IMG/VR virus record: IMGVR_UViG_3300037462_000487
Span: 11,491 to 75,490 of that record
Length of the DNA stretch: 64,000 bases
Strand: one strand, 5' to 3'
DNA from: a virus
Taxonomy: Duplodnaviria; Caudoviricetes
Made by a program: the position numbers and the translations under genes. Below, piece by piece: positions 36,734 through 45,591 of the stretch; within the stretch, counting starts at the first letter, position 1, and each line of letters begins with the position of its first letter. The notes under the pieces are model-generated. The model saw only the letters and a program-made list of their open reading frames with translations. It was not told where the DNA came from and did no database searches.

Positions 36734-36967
36734 TTAACTCCGTTTTTTTACCCTGCACCACCAATCACATGCCACTGTTTCCCGACGATTACTATACCAC
36801 ACGTCAGAGGCAATTTGCCAGTACCAGTTCTGTCTTTCCGGGCTTTCTAACCAGAACTCAATAAACCCGTCAACAGTCTGACTACAGGCAAGTACCTGCA
36901 TAGTTGATTGCTGCCGCTGTAAGAAGTCGGTTAGCCACGGTATAGCGGCGGTAATACCCTGGTTCAT
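36734..36967 (-). CDS. Hypothetical protein
   Basis: Coupled small ORF within the operon. Confidence 0.6.
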   Translation of the reverse strand: MNQGITAAIPWLTDFLQRQQSTMQVLACSQTVDGFIEFWLESPERQNWYWQIASDVWYSNRRETVACDWWCRVKKRS

Positions 36968-38142
36968 AACGGATTGCCGTAATCTTCAGCTACAGTTGCC
37001 TTCATGCGGTACAGCGACGTTCCGACTCGCGCTTCGTACCAGTCATTGACGCGATAAATCATAACATCAACCAGATGATGCCCGACGTTCCCGGAAGGCG
37101 CAAGATACGCCAGCGTAAACCCGTAGTTATGCCCGGTGTAAGCGTGCTGCCGGTATGCCGGTCGCAGCGTCGCCAGCGTGCCACAAACATTGACAAAATT
37201 GCGCCCGCCGGTATATGGATGTGGCTTCCCCCAGACAGTTTCCTGGCGATGCGTATGCCCGGCAAACACACTTAAATGATTGCCGTACTGCTGCAAATAC
37301 CCGTTAGCCGTTGACCCATAATTACCACCCTTAACTGTCCAGCCGTGTACCGCAATCACATTGTTAGTCACCGGCAGTTCTTTGCGGGTGTCGCCTTCAA
37401 CCCACAACCCGCCAGCGGTTCGCAGGCGTTCAAAAAAGTGTTTAAAAAAATAACCCGACGCTTCAGGATTATCATGCAAATAGCGCAGCAGCCAAATTTC
37501 ATGATTACCAAGCCAGGCTGGTTTAATTGTCTCCGGGCCTGTCACCTGATTAATAGCGTTAAGCCAGTCTAAAGTTGCTTCTTCAAAGGCGATCATCGCC
37601 CTTGAAGTTGAAGATGATTCGTCAAACGTTGACGGTAAATCGACACTCACCTGATAGTAGGAAGTGCCATGCATTTTAGGAGCCAGCAGGGTATTATCTA
37701 CCATGTCAGCCATAATCGGTACATAATCCGGGTTAAAATCCTGCATAATCAGCAGCACCAAATCCCACAGCGCCGGATCACTTTGCTCTTTGTGTCCATC
37801 CTGAATGTTCATCAGTCGCAGCGGCCGCTGCTCTTTCTGACAGCGACGCAGCAGTTCCCGCATTTGTTCGATATACTCATCATACTGTGAATACTTCAAC
37901 GGCACAATACCCGTAGTCGGCATGGCAGTGTAATGCGGCGAACTAAGTTCGGTGCGGTAGCGATTCTGCCGCACCGCCTGTGTCGCTTTGCGCAGAGTAC
38001 GCTGTGATGTCTGCGGATGCTGACGGTAAAAATACTGATTGCAGGCTTCTACCTGCTGCGGTGTCGTCGGCAGCCCATGAAGCTGGTAATAGGCTTTAAT
38101 TTCCTGTGCCAGCCACGGAGCGACAAAATAATCAGCCATCAA
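36964..38142 (-). CDS. Calcineurin-like metallophosphoesterase with N-terminal extension
   Basis: QDGH, ADMVD, GNHE, HG and GHTHR motifs. Confidence 0.88.
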   Translation of the reverse strand: MMADYFVAPWLAQEIKAYYQLHGLPTTPQQVEACNQYFYRQHPQTSQRTLRKATQAVRQNRYRTELSSPHYTAMPTTGIVPLKYSQYDEYIEQMRELLRRCQKEQRPLRLMNIQDGHKEQSDPALWDLVLLIMQDFNPDYVPIMADMVDNTLLAPKMHGTSYYQVSVDLPSTFDESSSTSRAMIAFEEATLDWLNAINQVTGPETIKPAWLGNHEIWLLRYLHDNPEASGYFFKHFFERLRTAGGLWVEGDTRKELPVTNNVIAVHGWTVKGGNYGSTANGYLQQYGNHLSVFAGHTHRQETVWGKPHPYTGGRNFVNVCGTLATLRPAYRQHAYTGHNYGFTLAYLAPSGNVGHHLVDVMIYRVNDWYEARVGTSLYRMKATVAEDYGNPL

Positions 38143-38701
38143 AGTCTCCTTTACTTAACATCAGCGACAATAAAGATGGTATCGCCGCAGCATCCTGATT
38201 TAAACGGTTAGGCCGCGACTGATAAAACTGCATATATTCGGAAAAATCGCCGGCTGCTGTCTCCCAGAGATAGCAGTAAGCAATCTGGTGCTGACGCGAC
38301 AACGTTTTAACTTCCTGTGCATGAAAAGCGACAATCTGGCGATCATTTTCCAGCGCCACTCCCTGTAACATCTCCTGAATCGTAGTGTACTGATTATCCA
38401 GGTCAGCCAGCGGCACAACGGTTGGATCAGTGACGTATTTATAGACTTCAACCAGTACCGCCACCCGCAGGGGCAGACGAATCAGATCAAACCCCTGCGA
38501 CTGCCACTGCGTAGTCAACGCTTTCGTCATAGACTTCACAAAACGCTGCACATCGGCGCTGGCGACAAAGCGTAGCTGCCCGCTGCGCGTGACAATCGGC
38601 TCACGCTGATTCTTCAAAGCCGGAATTGACTGATTGCGGCTGACTGCGTTAAAAAAACGCAGCAGCGCTGGATTAGTCGGAGTTGGCAGTGGCATTTTCA
38701 T
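38132..38701 (-). CDS. rusA: RusA-like Holliday junction resolvase
   Basis: PALKNQR, DLDNQYTTIQEMLQG..NDRQI. Confidence 0.8.
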   Translation of the reverse strand: MKMPLPTPTNPALLRFFNAVSRNQSIPALKNQREPIVTRSGQLRFVASADVQRFVKSMTKALTTQWQSQGFDLIRLPLRVAVLVEVYKYVTDPTVVPLADLDNQYTTIQEMLQGVALENDRQIVAFHAQEVKTLSRQHQIAYCYLWETAAGDFSEYMQFYQSRPNRLNQDAAAIPSLLSLMLSKGDFDG

Positions 38702-39059
38702 CCTCGATACGTTTCAGCAGCAGCACCAGTTCCGACAGCGACATGCCGGCAAGTGCCGCAGCCCCGTCAGCGTAACCTAACGTCTGCATTTCTGAATGCA
38801 TACTATCCAGACAATACAGATACCCGATCATATCAACAAAGTTATCTTCTTTCCAGGTCTGCTGATTGCGAGCCAGTTTCAAATCAACCATCATTAAAGC
38901 TACGTCAACCGGTGTAACTGAGCAGTTAAACGTCAGTTTCTGCTGAAGCAGCAGTGACCAGCGTACTGCAATACGCAGATGATTAAGCAGTGGTGAGCCA
39001 TAATCACGTCGTCTGTCGCCGCTGACGACAGCTTCAGCCTGTTCTTTAAACGTTGTCAT
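38673..39059 (-). CDS. DUF6378 domain protein
   Basis: GDRRRDYGSP..RIAVRWS..DVALMMVDLKLAR..DNFVDMIGY. Confidence 0.85.
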   Translation of the reverse strand: MTTFKEQAEAVVSGDRRRDYGSPLLNHLRIAVRWSLLLQQKLTFNCSVTPVDVALMMVDLKLARNQQTWKEDNFVDMIGYLYCLDSMHSEMQTLGYADGAAALAGMSLSELVLLLKRIEDENATANSD

Positions 39060-39336
39060 CTAATTCACTCTCCAACCACAATACCAGACAGGCAGCTACC
39101 TGCACCAGTTCTTTCCGCAAATGTTCCCGACGGGTGCTGTCGGCAGTAACTGCCTGAATTTCAGCGCAGACTTCGCCAAGTTCTTCAGTAACAATCACCA
39201 GCCAATCCGCATGACTGTGACGCTGCAAACCCCATTTGCCATCCTGCCGGCTGCGTTCTTGCAGGATAAGCTCTGCTGCCCGCGTCAGAACCTGCGTCAG
39301 CGAGTTCAGTGTGTGATTGGGAGTTAAGAGTTCCAT
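39046..39336 (-). CDS. MazG-like nucleotide pyrophosphohydrolase
   Basis: ERSRQDGKWG..VTEELGEV..ELVQVAA. Confidence 0.8.
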   Translation of the reverse strand: MELLTPNHTLNSLTQVLTRAAELILQERSRQDGKWGLQRHSHADWLVIVTEELGEVCAEIQAVTADSTRREHLRKELVQVAACLVLWLESELDDNV

Positions 39337-40343
39337 GTCAGCTCCTGATAATTAAGATCATGCTTAATCAGCGTAGCAATCTGACAGGCTAACCGCGGCG
39401 GTACGGCGTTACCTACCTGAAGATACCCGGCTGCCAGATTGTGGTACTTAAACTCAAAAGTATCGGGAAAAGTTTGAATGCGAGCTTGTTCGCGGACTGT
39501 CAGCCGCCGATAGGTACCACCCGGTACCAGATCAAAACCATAACGTTTGGCGTGAGTACGCAGCACCGGCCGGGGAAACGCATCCGGGTGCAGCGGCACC
39601 GTTGTATCGGCAGTCGTAACCGTGTAACCGGGTTCGTGCCAATCTCGCATCCGCCAGCGCGACAGATACATTTTAGAAAAACTGCGATCTTCGTACTCGT
39701 GATTGGCAACTGCGGGTACAGCCGTGCCATAAATAACTGCGTTGTAACGCAAATCTTTAATTGTTTCCTGCAAAGTAGGTCGCGGGAAAACCGCAGTCAG
39801 TTTGTCAAAATCAAAAGTTTTGTTCAAATCTTTGCGATAGCCAATAAAGAAAGTACGAAAACGATCCTGCGGCACGCCGTAACGCGAAGCATCCAGCACC
39901 CGATAAACAACATTATAACCCGCGGTATCGAATGCCTGCAAAATACCCGCCAGTGCCGCTTGATTAGCGCGAAAGGTAATGCCTTTAACATTCTCTGCCA
40001 CAAAAAACTCTGGCTGCTTCCCCTGCAACAGTCGGATGTACTCATAAAACAACTGCCCGCGTGGATCGTCAATGCCGCGTGGTTTCCGGGCATGATTGCC
40101 ATTCACCGACCAGGACTGACAGGGTGGCCCGCCAATCAACCCGGCAGTCGTCGGTACATCTTCCAGCCGCAGTTTCTGAATGCTGCGCGGATCAAGCTTA
40201 ACTGCCGGAAAATTATGCCGATAAGTTTCAATTGCCGGTCGGTACTTTTCGTTAGCAAACAGGGTGGTAAAACCTGCCTGATGAAAGCCTAAATCCAGCC
40301 CGCCGGCTCCGGCAAACAATGATACCAGTGTAGACATACTCAA
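39324..40343 (-). CDS. DNA (cytosine-5) methyltransferase, M.HaeIII-like scaffold
   Basis: SLFAGAGG (I), GGPPCQSWS (IV), ENV (VI), QDRFR (VIII), RRLTVRE..Q.FP (IX), GNAVP (X). Confidence 0.95.
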   Translation of the reverse strand: MSMSTLVSLFAGAGGLDLGFHQAGFTTLFANEKYRPAIETYRHNFPAVKLDPRSIQKLRLEDVPTTAGLIGGPPCQSWSVNGNHARKPRGIDDPRGQLFYEYIRLLQGKQPEFFVAENVKGITFRANQAALAGILQAFDTAGYNVVYRVLDASRYGVPQDRFRTFFIGYRKDLNKTFDFDKLTAVFPRPTLQETIKDLRYNAVIYGTAVPAVANHEYEDRSFSKMYLSRWRMRDWHEPGYTVTTADTTVPLHPDAFPRPVLRTHAKRYGFDLVPGGTYRRLTVREQARIQTFPDTFEFKYHNLAAGYLQVGNAVPPRLACQIATLIKHDLNYQELTWNS

Positions 40344-41035
40344 GACTCCTTTTGCAGATAAAACTGATTAAAAGCTGCCGCAGTAATAGGCACCCGCGCC
40401 TGAAACTGTTCCCACATCACCCGTGCAAAATCCTGAATTTCTTGCTGTGCATCCGGTGCCAGCCGTAATTCAATAAAATGCAAAAAGTTACGGGCATTCA
40501 CTTTCCAGTAAAACGATGTTTCGGTAGACTGCGGCAGCAGCATTCGCGCCTGTTCGCGTGCTACGCCAGCGTCCAAAAACTCCTGATACAGCTTCCAGGA
40601 CGCAGCCAGGTGCTGTTCATACTTTACCAGCAGTTCAAGCTGGTTCAACTTGCCTTCCGTGTCAAAGGTGCTTTGCTGTTTGTTGTCGGCAGCCGGCACG
40701 CGCCACAGAGACGGCTTAAAAAAAGTAAGTTGTTCGCTGGTGTAGCGGCGGCTGACTTCGTTAAAACTACCGGTACGGTGGCGCATCCACTGCCGGGCCA
40801 CAAACAACGGGCAGGTAATACGCCACTTTAACTCGATCATCTCGAAGGGAGTCCAGTGCTGATGCTGCATTAAGTAAAAAATAAGTTTACGATCTTTCTC
40901 AGCGCTAACTCCGGCAGTTTTATAAAACGAAACTCTGGCGGCATCGACAACAGCCCGATCCGGGTCATCTGCCGGCATCATATCCAGTAACTGCGTGTTG
41001 CTGCGAGCGTATTCCAGATCAATCATTGGCTTCAT
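40340..41035 (-). CDS. thyX: FAD-dependent thymidylate synthase
   Basis: HWTPFE and RQWMRHRTGSFNEVSRRY ThyX motif. Confidence 0.96.
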   Translation of the reverse strand: MKPMIDLEYARSNTQLLDMMPADDPDRAVVDAARVSFYKTAGVSAEKDRKLIFYLMQHQHWTPFEMIELKWRITCPLFVARQWMRHRTGSFNEVSRRYTSEQLTFFKPSLWRVPAADNKQQSTFDTEGKLNQLELLVKYEQHLAASWKLYQEFLDAGVAREQARMLLPQSTETSFYWKVNARNFLHFIELRLAPDAQQEIQDFARVMWEQFQARVPITAAAFNQFYLQKES

Positions 41036-41058
41036 CCTGATTTAACTTGAATTGGCGC

Positions 41059-41087
41059 ATTATACCCGATACCGTCATTTTTTGCAA
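41059..41087 (-). promoter_or_regulatory. sigma70 promoter of the thyX-methylase operon
   Basis: TTGCAA-17-TATAAT on the - strand. Confidence 0.75.
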
Positions 41088-41089
41088 GG

Positions 41090-41416
41090 CTAAAAATCGT
41101 CGTCAACCGGCTGACTGACGGAAAAATACGTGTAAGCCTGCGCCGAGTACTGATCGCACAAACGATACACCAGATTGTGAGTCATGGTGCCGTACTTTGC
41201 CGGTACGAGCAAAAAGAAAAAACGCAGATTAAACGCCCACCCACCCGTCTGCGCATCTTCATGCAGATACCCTGCCTGAAAGACTACCGCGTCGGAGTAC
41301 GGTTCAGTTTTTAAAGCTTTGCTCAATCCGGCTAAAAACGCTTCATACACTTCGTCAGCATTGTGAGTCGGCGGCAAACCCGCCAGTACGATTAAAAAAT
41401 CACAAACATTATCCAT
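41090..41416 (-). CDS. Hypothetical protein
   Basis: Overlaps the polA stop codon. Confidence 0.7.
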   Translation of the reverse strand: MDNVCDFLIVLAGLPPTHNADEVYEAFLAGLSKALKTEPYSDAVVFQAGYLHEDAQTGGWAFNLRFFFLLVPAKYGTMTHNLVYRLCDQYSAQAYTYFSVSQPVDDDF

Positions 41417-44240
41417 GTCGATTCTCCTTTTCCTGTCGCTGCTGCTGCATTTCGGCTGCCAGTGTCCAGCCGGTATGTACCGGCCCGATCCAGGTCGGCG
41501 CTTCGCGGCGTTCCGGTGGTTCTGCCAGTTGGCTCTCCGGCAGCAAGTGTACTCCCCACTGATTCACAAAATGATCGAGAGAGAAAGGGTATTCCCGCCC
41601 AGGGCGATAACCCCATTTACGCGCATTTTCCGGGCCGACTTCGCTCACAAAATGAATCATGGGAACAGTGCGGCGGCAAAAGCGTTCCGGCATCTGCCGA
41701 CACATGATCCGAATAATCTCCGGCAGCACGTCGGCATATTCTTCCAGTTTAACCGCTACAATCAGGCTGTCGTGAACGTTAAACGCTACGTAAGTCGCTT
41801 TGCCGGCTGCAAGCAGCCATTCTGTAATCTCAACCGTCGCGCGGGCGATCATCTCCGCGACACCTCCCTGCTGGATGTAATTCCAGGCTTTGTAGCCGAC
41901 TGCCTGCCGCTTGCCTTCTTCCCAAAAAGACGGTACCACCACGCGAGCGCCTGTCCAGAGTGTCGTGTAAGTAGGGTACTGCCCCTCCTGCAACCGCCGC
42001 TGCGCAACATCGGCAGCTTCGCGTTTACGCTGCGTCACTCGCGGGTACGCCGCATCTTTGTTCGCCAGAATACGCCGCGCTTCGTCAATGCTCTGCCGGA
42101 TCATGATCGAAATCTTGCCTGCGCCTGCGCCATACGCCGAACCAAACGTCACGCCTTTGCCCATCGTGCGCAACTGCTTCAACCGCTTTTTATCGCCTTC
42201 GCGCTGTGCTTTATGCCACTCATCGGCAAAGTAAATTTCCGCCTGAGCGGCGTGAAAATCGCCACCTTCCGTCGCCATCGCAAATCGGTCATCCGCCGCT
42301 ACCATTGCGCCGGTTTTATTTTCGGCGTTGCTGTAGTCTAACTCAACATACCAGTAACCTTCCGGGGCGTGTAACCAGCCGGCAGCTACCGACAGATTAA
42401 GATTCTGTAAGTTGGGAGTCGTTGACGTATAGCGTCCGGTGCGAGTCAGCCGGGAAATCACCGAATGAATGCGTCCGTCACGTTCAGCATGAGCCAGCAG
42501 TTCGTCAATGCGGATCACCAGCGCTTCGTTCTCCTGCGCTTCACGCAGATGCCGCGCTGGATGCTGTGCATAATCCGGGTTCGCAATGACTTCGCCGTCA
42601 ACTTCGATTTTAGGGCGTGGCAGATAAAAATCCAGCGCCTTTTTTCCCAGAGACAGCGTGCCAGTCTCTACCGCCAGCGTCTGATAGTTAACTTCGTTGT
42701 CTGCCAGCAAAATAATGCTGTCGTCATCTTCGTAATCATCGCCGTACAGCACTTCCGGGGCCGCGACAATGCGGTTCTGCATCTGTCGCTGAAAAGTCTG
42801 CGTCACCAGAAATGGGTTATACTGAATGTCTTCGGCAGTCGGCAGCAGCACATTGCACAGACAGAAGATGTAGTAATACTTAAACACCTTCTTTCCCATC
42901 AGTTCCAGCGGCGGCGGCAGGGCATCCTGGTCATAGCGGTAACGCAGCCAGTTCCAGGTCAATGTAGCGCGATACGTCTGATTAAGTCTATCGTGAGTTG
43001 CGTACAGATGCTCTGCCAGCCGCCGCGTAATTTGCGTCACATCCAGTACCGGCGGTATCGAGCGTGGAGCAGCTTTCACCAGCGACACGCGCGTATACCG
43101 CTGTGTCGGATCAAACGCCAGCAAAAACGCTTCCCATTCAGCGCGGGAACTGTCAGGCACCGCCGACCAATCCAGCCAGTGCAGCAGTGCCTGCTTCTCC
43201 GCCGTCGTCAACACCCCTACTGCCTGTTGCAGTAAGCGCCGAGTCGCGGAGTAAGTTGCCTGCTGTGTTACGGTAGTCAGAATTTTTTCCAGCAGCACCA
43301 GATACGCCAGTGAGGTATCTACCGTGTCTTCGACTTGATTCATCGCCGCAACTGCACTGGCTTCGCGGCTGGCATAAAGCTGACGCTGCTGCCGCAGGTA
43401 ATCCTGATCGACAGGCGAACCCGTCGCTGCCTGCAAGCAGGAAGTCCAGCTAATCCGCTGCTCCCAGGCAATCAACTCCGGGAGAGCCTCCCACTTGCCG
43501 ATCACCCGGTTTTTCCCGGTTAGCGCTATCGTTTCCCGACTAATCTGCTGTACAAAATCACGTTCAAATTCATAGAGATAGTACGTCAGTACAGTATCCA
43601 TCAATACGTAACGATCAATCACGCAGGCGGCTGCCGTCGTTACGTCGGTACGTCCGCCGTCTGCCGTCAGATCAGCATACTCCCAGAACAGGCTGTCGGT
43701 TTGCAGCAAGTCAATCTGCACCTGCTCAAAGTCGGCGCGGTAAGCTTTCATCTTAGCGTAAAACTCTCGATCCTGCGGCAGGAAAACATCACGCCAGCAG
43801 TATTTCTGCACCAGCGCAGTCAGACTGGCTTCGCCTTTTTCCGGTTCCGCCAGCATCGTCCGCAGCGCAATGACCTGCGTATCCCAGACTTTAACTCCTG
43901 CCGGCAGCGTGATCTGCCAGTGCCCGCCGACGCTGCGAAAATCAAAAACAATGTTGTGTCCGATCAGGGTATAGTGCGGGCGCTGCAAGACTTGCCGCAG
44001 AAAATCGACAACTTCCGGCGAAAAATCGGAGAACACCACCCCCGGAAAACCCGGTGTGTATAGTGCCACTTTCATGATGGGGGCAACAAACGATAACCCG
44101 TACTTTTTATTTTGCCAGACAGAAGTAGGTGGCGTGGTTTCGGTTTCAATATCCAGCGACAGAGTATCGCAAGTCAGTAAAAAATCCGCTTCCTGCCAGT
44201 CTCGAATAATTTTCACACTACCCTCCATTTCTTGCCACAA
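41409..44240 (-). CDS. polA: Family A DNA polymerase with 3'-5' exonuclease
   Basis: ExoI LDIETE, ExoII GHNIVFD, ExoIII YVLMD, TGRYTS..PNLQN, motif A LDYSNAE, motif B RTMGKGVTFGSAYG, motif C VHDS; true start may be the GTG of VKII. Confidence 0.96.
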   Translation of the reverse strand: MWQEMEGSVKIIRDWQEADFLLTCDTLSLDIETETTPPTSVWQNKKYGLSFVAPIMKVALYTPGFPGVVFSDFSPEVVDFLRQVLQRPHYTLIGHNIVFDFRSVGGHWQITLPAGVKVWDTQVIALRTMLAEPEKGEASLTALVQKYCWRDVFLPQDREFYAKMKAYRADFEQVQIDLLQTDSLFWEYADLTADGGRTDVTTAAACVIDRYVLMDTVLTYYLYEFERDFVQQISRETIALTGKNRVIGKWEALPELIAWEQRISWTSCLQAATGSPVDQDYLRQQRQLYASREASAVAAMNQVEDTVDTSLAYLVLLEKILTTVTQQATYSATRRLLQQAVGVLTTAEKQALLHWLDWSAVPDSSRAEWEAFLLAFDPTQRYTRVSLVKAAPRSIPPVLDVTQITRRLAEHLYATHDRLNQTYRATLTWNWLRYRYDQDALPPPLELMGKKVFKYYYIFCLCNVLLPTAEDIQYNPFLVTQTFQRQMQNRIVAAPEVLYGDDYEDDDSIILLADNEVNYQTLAVETGTLSLGKKALDFYLPRPKIEVDGEVIANPDYAQHPARHLREAQENEALVIRIDELLAHAERDGRIHSVISRLTRTGRYTSTTPNLQNLNLSVAAGWLHAPEGYWYVELDYSNAENKTGAMVAADDRFAMATEGGDFHAAQAEIYFADEWHKAQREGDKKRLKQLRTMGKGVTFGSAYGAGAGKISIMIRQSIDEARRILANKDAAYPRVTQRKREAADVAQRRLQEGQYPTYTTLWTGARVVVPSFWEEGKRQAVGYKAWNYIQQGGVAEMIARATVEITEWLLAAGKATYVAFNVHDSLIVAVKLEEYADVLPEIIRIMCRQMPERFCRRTVPMIHFVSEVGPENARKWGYRPGREYPFSLDHFVNQWGVHLLPESQLAEPPERREAPTWIGPVHTGWTLAAEMQQQRQEKENRHG

Positions 44241-44266
44241 CGCGCAAGGTGCGTTTTTTCTGTCAT

Positions 44267-44569
44267 TCAGCTACCACCCTGAGCCGGGGGTGTAATTTTC
44301 TTTGCCAGCATTGTCCTGGTGAGAACGCCTACCAGAACTCGCTGCCCGTTAACCAGAAAATGCGGATCAACGCCATCTGGCACATACCGAACAGTATACT
44401 CGATCTTCTGCGCAGAAGCCAGTGTCACCTGCCAGTGCAGGTGCGGCACAACTTCTTGTACATGCCAGGACAAACGCTGCACGTTAGCTACCAGTTCGGC
44501 TGCCTGCACCGCCAGAATAGCCAGTCGATGCTCTGGTACATGCTGATGATACATCTGAAAAAGTTTCAT
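44267..44569 (-). CDS. Hypothetical protein
   Basis: GGGAG RBS immediately downstream of the repeat element. Confidence 0.7.
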   Translation of the reverse strand: MKLFQMYHQHVPEHRLAILAVQAAELVANVQRLSWHVQEVVPHLHWQVTLASAQKIEYTVRYVPDGVDPHFLVNGQRVLVGVLTRTMLAKKITPPAQGGS

Positions 44570-44589
44570 CGTTTAACTCTCCCTGAATA

Positions 44590-44687
44590 TACAAACCTGA
44601 TTCAAACGTCCGTTACAAAACTTCTATTATATATATATTATAGAAGTTTTGTAACGGACAGTCAGTTTAGTCACTTTTCTGACTAAA
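44590..44687. repeat. 98-bp element, copy A: 52-bp palindrome plus TTTAGTCA-N6-TGACTAAA
   Basis: Arms GTCCGTTACAAAACTTCTA (44608-44626) and TAGAAGTTTTGTAACGGAC (44641-44659); reverse complement of 62401-62498 at 93/98. Confidence 0.97.
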
Positions 44688-44930
44688 TTGATAAAGCGTT
44701 GAGTTAGTGTTAATTTCCCAGGTAATTTCTTGCCGCATTGCCTGTAGCTGCCCTAAAACTGCCTTAAGTGTTGATTCATACTGAAAGCTGCGCTGCGCCT
44801 GCACCTGCAACCGATAGCTGGCTTCCTCCAATTGACTCGCCTGTTCTGCCAGCAGCGTGATGACTGAACTCAGTTCCGGGTGAGTCGGCAGCAGCCGCGT
44901 CAATTGAGTTATGGCTTCGTCGGTTGTCAT
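44667..44930 (-). CDS. Coiled-coil hypothetical protein
   Basis: AGGAG RBS; last codons FSQKSD* are supplied by the repeat. Confidence 0.7.
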   Translation of the reverse strand: MTTDEAITQLTRLLPTHPELSSVITLLAEQASQLEEASYRLQVQAQRSFQYESTLKAVLGQLQAMRQEITWEINTNSTLYQFSQKSD

Positions 44931-44990
44931 GCAGTTCTCCTGTGTTATAAAAACACAACCAGCGTGAGGGAAAATTGACTAAAATCACAT

Positions 44991-45431
44991 TCATACTTCA
45001 CCTGCCAGAGCGTGTTTAGTCATCAGATCGACATAGTTATTGTAAAAATCATGACTGTGTGCGTCTACTTTGGTAAACGTCACTTGCAGCAGCGGGCGAA
45101 TAGCATCGTAATAGCTAACATACTCTTTGACGACTGGATTTTTGGCTTGCCACACACGAGTTGGCCAGAACTCGATGCCGCTGTAGTCGTAGCACAGCTT
45201 CGCCTGTTTAACTTGATGATGCACACACCACTGCATCGCCTGCGTTGCTGCCTGCAATTCGCCAGCGACGTTGTTGGTGCCGCGACAATCGTGAATCACA
45301 CCGGCGCGTTTATAGACAATATTTGTCTGTGCCGCATCCAGCACCAGAAACGCCCAGGCTCCCCGCTGCAATCGCGCAAGATACGCTCCGTCAACGTAAA
45401 GAGTGACGTTAGTCATCGGTGTCATCTTCAC
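44991..45431 (-). CDS. rnhA: Ribonuclease HI
   Basis: YVDGA, NNVAGELQAA, YDYSGI, KVDAHS..NNYVD catalytic D-E-D-D set. Confidence 0.92.
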   Translation of the reverse strand: MKMTPMTNVTLYVDGAYLARLQRGAWAFLVLDAAQTNIVYKRAGVIHDCRGTNNVAGELQAATQAMQWCVHHQVKQAKLCYDYSGIEFWPTRVWQAKNPVVKEYVSYYDAIRPLLQVTFTKVDAHSHDFYNNYVDLMTKHALAGEV

Positions 45432-45591
45432 CCCCCGTCGCAGTCAATTGTTTAACATACGGCAGCAGCAGCACGCCAGCACTGATCGCCAGAGTAGCGA
45501 CTTCCAGCCAGCGCTGCTGCTGCATTAAGTCCAGCGTTGCCATCATCACCAGCGCTAGAATCAGCGCCAACAGCCAGTAATAGAGTGTCAT
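45409..45591 (-). CDS. Small two-TM membrane protein
   Basis: Two hydrophobic segments in 60 aa. Confidence 0.6.
   Translation of the reverse strand: MTLYYWLLALILALVMMATLDLMQQQRWLEVATLAISAGVLLLPYVKQLTATGGEDDTDD

Noticed and set aside
36129-41035. Hypermodified-base pathway (dZ, 7-deazaguanine, hmC/hmU)
   Set aside because: Signature enzymes (PurZ, DpdA/QueC/FolE, dCMP hydroxymethylase, glycosyltransferases) not seen.
41409-44240. Intein or intron in polA, terL or the primase
   Set aside because: No C/S..HN-C/S/T splice motifs or LAGLIDADG blocks, and reading frames are uninterrupted.
44608-44659. Palindromes as protelomerase (telRL) sites
   Set aside because: telRL is a single, essentially spacer-less palindrome; here there are three copies with asymmetric spacers and no protelomerase motif in the window. 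Not fully excluded for the unseen genome part.
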